Origin: Candidatus Lokiarchaeum ossiferum
GTDB lineage: Archaea; Asgardarchaeota; Lokiarchaeia; Sigyniarchaeales; Promethearchaeaceae
NCBI GenBank assembly: GCA_025839675.1
Contig: CP104013.1
Coordinates: forward strand, 3,030,001 to 3,062,000
DNA length: 32,000 bases
Direction: 5' to 3'
Under the pieces are notes generated by a model. The model saw only the letters and a program-made list of their open reading frames with translations. It had not been told where the DNA came from and made no database searches. The stretch's first letter is position 1. The number at the start of each line of letters is the position of its first letter. Shown here one piece after another: positions 26,222 to 32,000 of this stretch. The position numbers were made by a program, and so were the translations under genes.

Positions 26222-26449
26222 ATGATGCCATACGGAAATACCCATACCCGATTAGTGGGGATAATTCGGGATGTTCAGAAAAAGCGTGCGTTTATCGAAT
26301 TTCCAAAATATCAAAAAAAATTAGCAGTTCCTCGATTGTATATTCACTCCCAAATGAAGGATACTATTGATCAGGAACAAGAATTGGAAATAGAAACATG
26401 GTTTTTAAAAAAAAATAGAGTAATACCTTTAATGGACCGTAAATTTTAA
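26222..26449 (+). CDS. Small hypothetical protein
   Basis: 75 aa from the ATG at 26222 (the track gives a GTG at 26210). No motif is recognised. It is convergent with the P-type ATPase, and the two stops are 6 nt apart. Support is ORF length only, in an AT-rich context where stop codons are frequent. Confidence 0.35.
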   Translation: MMPYGNTHTRLVGIIRDVQKKRAFIEFPKYQKKLAVPRLYIHSQMKDTIDQEQELEIETWFLKKNRVIPLMDRKF

Positions 26450-26455
26450 CGAGAA

Positions 26456-29401
26456 CTAAAATTTAATTCCTTTTTTCCTACTTATCAATTTTACCAATTC
26501 AAAAGTTCCTATGCAAATGAAAGAGAAGAAGATACAAATGGACCAATCTACAATGTTGAGCACCATAAATTGAAAATTAAGGCCATTTTTCGCCAGGAAT
26601 ACTTGCAATCCAGGAATATAGAGGATTGCTAAATATACTACCAGTAGTATCCCCACGACAATAAACATGAATGGATTTCCATCATCTTTAATACTTTTTG
26701 CTAATGATTTGTTAGGTCTTCGAATTTGAAGAGCGAGGGTACATTCACAAAGGAATAAGGTTGTCATTAGCATAGTCAATGTTTTTGCAATTGTTGGATC
26801 CACGCCTTCAGATAGATAACGGGTAGATTCAGTAAAAAGGTAGAACGAATTGAAATTACCAAAACTATTGTTGGAATCCCGCACAGGAGAAAGAATAGTC
26901 CCATAAAAATAAGTCAATAACATGCTAACTGCGAGTAAACATCCATAAATTCCCATCAATATTAAAAATTTGTTTGAAATAATTTCTTCAGAATCTCGTG
27001 GAGCCTCTTCCATAACATCTTTGGAGACGCTATCAAAAGTTAAAATCAACCCGGGAAACATGTGCATAGTTAGAGATAGATACACCCACTGGTAGGTAAA
27101 TGCAGAAGTTAAGAAATAGGGTTTACCCAAAATAACGTATAATATAAATTGAACAATTCCTTCGAAAAGATTGATACAGATGAAGAAAAAGACAACAGAT
27201 CTAATATTGGCAAAAATGCCTCGTCCACGATGAATCCCTTCAACAATAGAACTAAAAGAATCATCAGAAATAACCATATCAGCGGCTTCTTTTGCAACAT
27301 CCGTTCCTTGAATCCCCATAGCGACCCCTGCATCTGCCATATTTAAGGCAAGGGCATCATTCACCCCATCTCCTGTCATAGCGACGACTCTTCCTTCATT
27401 TTGATACCTTTCCACGATTGTTTGTTTATGTGTAGGCGACACTCGAGCAAAAACACGGACATCGTTAATGTTTTCGAAATTTTTCTCATCATCGATTTGA
27501 TTTCCTTCCATCGCAGAATGACGTTTATCAGTAATTATCGAAATTTGGGAGCCAATTGCTATAGCTGTATTTAAAGAATCACCTGTAATCATAACTACAT
27601 CCACCCCAGCACTATGACATCTTTCAACGGCGTCTTTCACATCATCACGGGGAGGATCCATGATAGCCACAAATCCAATATAAACTAAATCTGACTCTGC
27701 AAGTTCACGTCCTTCTTCAGTATCGGAGGGAATCTCATCAATTGGTCGATAAGCTAAGCTTAATACGCGGTATCCTTGTCGAGCATATTCATTTATTGTA
27801 TTCATTACGATTAACTTCATTTCAATAATAAAATCAACAGCTTCATTATTTTCGGCAAGCATTTTGTCACAAATATACATTAAGACCTCACTTGCTCCCT
27901 TAGTGAAGATAAAATGGTCACCTGTCTCATCTTTATAGATTTTACTCATTCTTTTGGCTTGTGATGAAAAAGGGAATTCCATGACTTCTTCAAACTTATC
28001 AAGTTTTTGAGGATCATTAATTTTAGAATACAAAGCTTTCAGTGCTCCTTCAGTAGGATTACCAATCACTTTCCAATCGGACTGAGATCTCTTCTTTTTA
28101 TTTTTATCTAATTCAAATTCATGCTTGATTAAAGAGGCATTGTTGTTTAATGCCCCCGCTGTTAAAAGCATTTCAAGATGAGGAAATTTTTGGATATCGG
28201 TTACTTTTTCAGGAATGGTGGGATTATCTACTAAAAAGATTTCTCCTTCAGGATTATACCCACTTCCAGTAACTTTGAACCGAGATCCCCGTGTCCAGAC
28301 ATGTTGAACACACATTTGACTTTTTGTTAATGTTCCAGTCTTATCGGAACATATTACCGATACTCGACCTAGAGAATCAACAGATGTTAAATTACGGATG
28401 ATTACACCATGCTCAGCCATTTTTAATACCCCCGTTAACATGACGATGGTAGTTAAAAGGGGAATATTAATTGGCATAATATCCATGGCGGAGTTTAGAC
28501 TCTCTATGATTTTTAATTCTCCTGTGGAGAGCCATAAAACGATAAGAACGATTAACCAAGCGAGGATAACCCCAATACCGAACCATTTTCCAATATTATT
28601 TAATTTAGTACGGATGGGAATTTCATTAGAATTCGCTGATTCTAATCCTTGAGAAATTTTTCCTATTTCAGTATCAATGCCAGTTTTGATTACAATAGCA
28701 AAACCGGTGCCCGTAGTTATAAAAGTTCCATAAAATAAGATATTTTCTTGATTTTGAAGGTGAAGAGGGGTATTTTTCAAAGGTTTTCCATTATTTTTTT
28801 TTACTGGTTCACTTTCTCCTGTAAGAGACGCTTCATTCACACGTAAATTGGCAGATTGAATAATTCGAGCATCTGCAGGAATGCGATCTCCCGGACTTAG
28901 AACAAGTAGATCTCCCACACAAATTTTTTTTGAGAATATTTCTTGTTTTTGACCACTGCGAATCACTCTCGTTGAGGGGGCAGATAATTCGCGTAATGCA
29001 TTCAACTTTTTTGTGGCTCTGGCCTGCTGAAAAATTGCAACTAAACAATTTAGCCCTACAATTGCTAAAGTGATATAAATCATTTTCATATCAGACTCCC
29101 CTGAAATCTTTCCAGCAACAAACATTATTACTGCAGCAATCAAATAAATTATGATTAACCAATTAAACAAAGGAGCGAGATAAACTCTTAAAAAAGATTG
29201 TTTGGCTTTAGGAAGCTCATTCAATCCATTGCTTAGTAATAATTGTTGAGCTTTTTCATCGGTCAAACCTTTTTTTGGATCTGTTTGAAATTCTTGAAAA
29301 ATTTCATCTAATTCATAAGCCCAAAGAAATTTATTTTCCACATTAAGAATGTAATTTGTTATATCGTAAAAAAATTTATATTCAGAATTTCTCAAAAACA
29401 A
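26456..29401 (-). CDS. P-type cation-transporting ATPase, P2-like scaffold with non-canonical transport-site residues
   Basis: It has TGES (SLTGESEPV), the phosphorylation site CSDKTGTLT, FTKGASE, MITGD, TGDGVNDALAL and GTDVAKEAADMVISDDSF, with about 10 TM. No in-frame ATG occurs before aa 93. The track start is a TTG at 29401 overlapping the upstream gene by 10 nt, and a GTG at 29341 is an alternative. Confidence 0.93.
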   Translation of the reverse strand: MFLRNSEYKFFYDITNYILNVENKFLWAYELDEIFQEFQTDPKKGLTDEKAQQLLLSNGLNELPKAKQSFLRVYLAPLFNWLIIIYLIAAVIMFVAGKISGESDMKMIYITLAIVGLNCLVAIFQQARATKKLNALRELSAPSTRVIRSGQKQEIFSKKICVGDLLVLSPGDRIPADARIIQSANLRVNEASLTGESEPVKKNNGKPLKNTPLHLQNQENILFYGTFITTGTGFAIVIKTGIDTEIGKISQGLESANSNEIPIRTKLNNIGKWFGIGVILAWLIVLIVLWLSTGELKIIESLNSAMDIMPINIPLLTTIVMLTGVLKMAEHGVIIRNLTSVDSLGRVSVICSDKTGTLTKSQMCVQHVWTRGSRFKVTGSGYNPEGEIFLVDNPTIPEKVTDIQKFPHLEMLLTAGALNNNASLIKHEFELDKNKKKRSQSDWKVIGNPTEGALKALYSKINDPQKLDKFEEVMEFPFSSQAKRMSKIYKDETGDHFIFTKGASEVLMYICDKMLAENNEAVDFIIEMKLIVMNTINEYARQGYRVLSLAYRPIDEIPSDTEEGRELAESDLVYIGFVAIMDPPRDDVKDAVERCHSAGVDVVMITGDSLNTAIAIGSQISIITDKRHSAMEGNQIDDEKNFENINDVRVFARVSPTHKQTIVERYQNEGRVVAMTGDGVNDALALNMADAGVAMGIQGTDVAKEAADMVISDDSFSSIVEGIHRGRGIFANIRSVVFFFICINLFEGIVQFILYVILGKPYFLTSAFTYQWVYLSLTMHMFPGLILTFDSVSKDVMEEAPRDSEEIISNKFLILMGIYGCLLAVSMLLTYFYGTILSPVRDSNNSFGNFNSFYLFTESTRYLSEGVDPTIAKTLTMLMTTLFLCECTLALQIRRPNKSLAKSIKDDGNPFMFIVVGILLVVYLAILYIPGLQVFLAKNGLNFQFMVLNIVDWSICIFFSFICIGTFELVKLISRKKGIKF

Positions 29402-30165
29402 TCAAATTTAGAACAAAAATTCTTTGTAATTTGAGTCAAGAAAGAATCTAATTTTTGATAAAGATAGTCTGTAATTTTCTTATCTAATGTTCCATAGTAC
29501 GCATGAGCAATGCCACCAGTAATACAAGCAAGTGTGTCACTATCCCCACCAAGTGAAACAGCAAGACGAATTGAATGGAGAAAATTATCAGACTCTAAAA
29601 ATGCTCGAATCGCGGGTGGAACTGTACCTTGACAAGACACATCAAACTTATAAGAAGGCCGAATTGAGTCAAGTGAAATTGACAAATCATATCCGAAATG
29701 AGATTCTATAAAATCTTTAATATATTTTTTTGATTTCCCAATTCTTGCAAAATAAATTGAAATGGCCGTTGCTTGAGCCCCTTTGATACCTTCTTCATGA
29801 TTGTGAGTTACTTCTGCAGATTTTTTTGCTTCCATAAGTACTGATTCAATTGTGTTATAAACAAATCCAATGGGCGAGACTCGCATAGCAGATCCATTTC
29901 CCCATGAATTATAGGGTTCGCTATGTTCTAAAGCTGCCCAGTGTCGAAAACTCGTTCCATAACTTTCGTCTGGATATAATTTATAGAATTTCCTTAAATT
30001 CTTAACGTAATCAGTTCCCGAGAGAATAGATTCTGCAAGAGCAATTGTTAGCACAGAATCATCTGTAAAAAAAGCTTCCGGATTAAATATTTCAAAATTG
30101 GTTGTTTTAATATTATTCCATTCATATAGAGAGCCAACAATATCTCCAAAAATCGCTCCAATCAA
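29392..30165 (-). CDS. ADP-ribosylglycohydrolase family protein (ARH/DraG-like)
   Basis: The N-terminus IGAIFGDIVGSLYEW, the segment FFTDDSVLT and the C-terminal GGDSDTLACITGGIAHAYYG are typical ARH metal-site regions. The start is a TTG at 30165. An in-frame stop lies 5 codons upstream, and GAGGGA lies 5 nt upstream of the TTG. Confidence 0.85.
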   Translation of the reverse strand: MIGAIFGDIVGSLYEWNNIKTTNFEIFNPEAFFTDDSVLTIALAESILSGTDYVKNLRKFYKLYPDESYGTSFRHWAALEHSEPYNSWGNGSAMRVSPIGFVYNTIESVLMEAKKSAEVTHNHEEGIKGAQATAISIYFARIGKSKKYIKDFIESHFGYDLSISLDSIRPSYKFDVSCQGTVPPAIRAFLESDNFLHSIRLAVSLGGDSDTLACITGGIAHAYYGTLDKKITDYLYQKLDSFLTQITKNFCSKFDCF

Positions 30166-30227
30166 AATAAATCCCTCATATCATTAATTAGGAAAAAAAG
30201 CTTAAAAAAAGTTTGAATGTTAGCATT

Positions 30228-31016
30228 CTAAATTAAATTGCGTTTCACAATTTCTTCTACCATAAAAGAGGCAACTGCATCCGCGTACTTCCCAGGACCA
30301 AATCCTGCATCAAATCCTAACTCCTTAGCAAGATCATTAGTTAAACGGGGACCTCCAGCAATTAAAACAACTTTATCTCGAATTCCTTCTGCTTCAATCA
30401 ATTCCACAAGTTCAGTAAGGTTTTGAATATGAACCCCTTTTTGTGTGACTGTCTGGGATACTAACATAACATCTGCTTTCAACTCAATAGCCTTTCTAAT
30501 AAATTCTTCATTAGGAACTTGAGCCCCAAGATTATAAGCATCAACCATAGAATAGCGTTCTAAGCCATAATGCCCCATATAACCTTTCATGTTCATGATT
30601 GCATCAATTCCAACTGTGTGAGCATCAGTTCCAGTAGTAGCCCCTACAACAACTACATTTCGTTTGATATTATTTTTAATATATTCATCTGTTTCTTTCA
30701 TGCTCATGGTTTCTACTTCAATAGCTTGAACTTTAATGGCATTATAATCAATAGAAGGAATAGCACTTCCATAGACAACGAAAAAGGTGAATTCCTTATC
30801 CAATGCTTCGTGATAAACTACATCCGGTTCAAGGAACCCTAATTTCTCAGTATATTGTCGAGCAACTTCAACCGCTTTATCGCCATCTGGTATCGGTAAT
30901 GTGAAACTTAACTGCACTTTACCATCGTTCATTGTATCCCCGTAGGGTTTTAACTTACTTAAATCGAGATGTGTATCAAAATTATGTTTTTTTGAAGAAT
31001 ATAATCCGCCACCCAT
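30228..31016 (-). CDS. kamE: Lysine 5,6-aminomutase beta subunit (B12-binding)
   Basis: The N-terminus reads LSKLKPYGDTMNDGKVQLSFTLP. The cobalamin-binding motif is GTDAHTVGIDAIMN (DxHxxG). The protein is 262 aa and ends in a Rossmann-like domain (VLIAGGPR...GFDAGFGPG). Its ATG abuts the kamD stop (TAAATG). Confidence 0.9.
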   Translation of the reverse strand: MGGGLYSSKKHNFDTHLDLSKLKPYGDTMNDGKVQLSFTLPIPDGDKAVEVARQYTEKLGFLEPDVVYHEALDKEFTFFVVYGSAIPSIDYNAIKVQAIEVETMSMKETDEYIKNNIKRNVVVVGATTGTDAHTVGIDAIMNMKGYMGHYGLERYSMVDAYNLGAQVPNEEFIRKAIELKADVMLVSQTVTQKGVHIQNLTELVELIEAEGIRDKVVLIAGGPRLTNDLAKELGFDAGFGPGKYADAVASFMVEEIVKRNLI

Positions 31017-32000
31017 TTAATTTTCGCCTCCAATATTCAATTCTCTAGCCATTTGTTCCATGAAAGGATTGAAATATTCCTTTTCGCGCAAAGCAACTCC
31101 ATCAAGACCTTTTCCACCATCAATGGGTCGTTTCACACCAGCAAATTTTCCTTGGGATAACGCTTCAAATAAACCTTGCAACTCAATCTCCTTAATTAAG
31201 GCGTTTGCTTCTGATAAAACTTTCTTGACGCGTTGTTCCATAATTCCCCCTTCTTTGAAAGAAATTTCTGAGCCCAAATCAGCCATATTATTAAAAATAT
31301 ACTTTGCATTCTCAATTGCTAAGGCGCGATCCTGCATAAATGGTGTGTGAATCGCTTCCGTTAACATACCTAAAAGACAAATTTTTTGATTGGTCATAAT
31401 TGTGATGGCATTAAACAAAGTATCTTGGATATGACCTTTGAAAATATTCCCTGTCATAAATTTTGTGGGAGGCATATACTTTAATGGTGCATTTGGAAAG
31501 ATTTCTCGAGCCATTTGGGCTTGAGCCAATTCGTAAAGAAAACCATTTTTTATGTTGGGGTTCATTTCAAAAGCATGACCTAACCCCATTTGATTTTCTT
31601 GAAGTCCAGCAAGTTTAGCAAATTGCTCATTGATAAATTGAGAGGTTAAGACAGTATGGGCTTCTTCGAAGGCATCGGAAGTAGTTAAGTAATTATCTTC
31701 TCCAGTATTAATTATTACACCTGCATAGGCATTAATCATACGTGAGAAATATTGATCGATCATAGTGCGTTTCATATTGATATCCCGAAAAAGAATACCA
31801 TATAAGGCATCATTTAACATCATATCTAGACGTTCAAAAGCACCCATTGCTGCAATTTCTGGCATACATAGTCCCGAACAATAATTAGTTAAGCGAATAT
31901 AGCGCCCTAATTCTTCCCCAGTTTCATCCAAAGCTTTTCGCATGATTCTAAAATTTTCTTGTGTAGCATATGTTCCACCAAATCCTTCAGTAGTTGCCCC
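31017..32000 (-). CDS. kamD: Lysine 5,6-aminomutase alpha subunit, 5'-truncated by the window edge
   Basis: The reading frame stays open from 31943 to 32000 (GATTEGFGGTYATQENFRIM...), so the M at 31943 is internal. It lies directly upstream of kamE in the canonical D-E order. It has the composition of a TIM-barrel PLP/B12 aminomutase large subunit. Confidence 0.85.
   Translation of the reverse strand, partial: GATTEGFGGTYATQENFRIMRKALDETGEELGRYIRLTNYCSGLCMPEIAAMGAFERLDMMLNDALYGILFRDINMKRTMIDQYFSRMINAYAGVIINTGEDNYLTTSDAFEEAHTVLTSQFINEQFAKLAGLQENQMGLGHAFEMNPNIKNGFLYELAQAQMAREIFPNAPLKYMPPTKFMTGNIFKGHIQDTLFNAITIMTNQKICLLGMLTEAIHTPFMQDRALAIENAKYIFNNMADLGSEISFKEGGIMEQRVKKVLSEANALIKEIELQGLFEALSQGKFAGVKRPIDGGKGLDGVALREKEYFNPFMEQMARELNIGGEN

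Noticed and set aside
2406-31350. All other short ORFs in the track that lie inside or antisense to larger, motif-supported genes: 2406-2618, 2742-2933, 6827-7144, 7478-7705, 8077-8325, 9200-9520, 9617-9868, 9738-9998, 11062-11253, 12174-12380, 12276-12485, 13929-14189, 14514-14711, 15603-15833, 16267-16455, 18889-19104, 19980-20177, 20129-20323, 21291-21530, 21992-22195, 22110-22346, 22288-22470, 22502-22792, 22826-23125, 23558-23761, 23709-23897, 25274-25471, 27109-27333, 27149-27346, 28398-28652, 28833-29048, 30238-30426, 30570-30842 and 31060-31350.
   Set aside because: Each overlaps a longer ORF that has clear family motifs or a consistent membrane-protein composition. The translations are compositionally odd (Ser/Pro/Phe/Ile-rich) and none has a recognisable motif or its own start context.
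1-32000. CRISPR arrays, rRNA genes, IS elements or transposases, inteins, tRNA introns and C/D-box sRNAs.
   Set aside because: Scanning the intergenic regions by eye showed no regularly spaced repeats and no paired RUGAUGA...CUGA boxes. The hand-folded tRNA-Val has a continuous anticodon arm. No CDS shows intein or transposase motifs.

Overview
This is a visibly AT-rich, densely coding archaeal chromosomal segment with 32 supported CDS (one truncated at the right edge) and one tRNA-Val(UAC). A profilin-like gene, a clear two-domain gelsolin and a longin-like gene lie within about 2.8 kb (8579-11336), which points to an Asgard (Lokiarchaeia-type) genome. Several N-termini in the ORF track are TTG/GTG extensions, which I trimmed to ATG where paralogy or homology supported it.

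Much of the rest is peptide and amino-acid catabolism:
- an M20 peptidase
- a DUF1028 Ntn-hydrolase
- two tandem paralogous amidohydrolases
- an M1 aminopeptidase
- B12-dependent lysine 5,6-aminomutase kamDE

No CRISPR array, IS element, integrase or rRNA was seen.

Candidates for undescribed biology, in my order of interest:
1. A locus at 12930-15846 where a soluble PAS/coiled-coil/4-Cys (CxxCKKIRxDxGxW...CPxC) sensor is flanked by two unrelated stand-alone 7-TM proteins, one of them coupled to a small helical ORF. A second PAS/4-Cys paralog lies at 87-1340.
2. The gelsolin carries a predicted C-terminal tail-anchor helix.
3. A co-directional block of 2-TM peptide, CPBP protease, ABC ATPase, giant permease, wHTH and 6-TM protein (18508-23417), preceded by a 470-bp repeat-bearing leader.
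4. A P2-like P-type ATPase whose M4 and M6 ion-site residues are non-canonical, and whose start overlaps an ADP-ribosylglycohydrolase gene.

All functional calls rest on motifs read by eye. None has been checked against a database.
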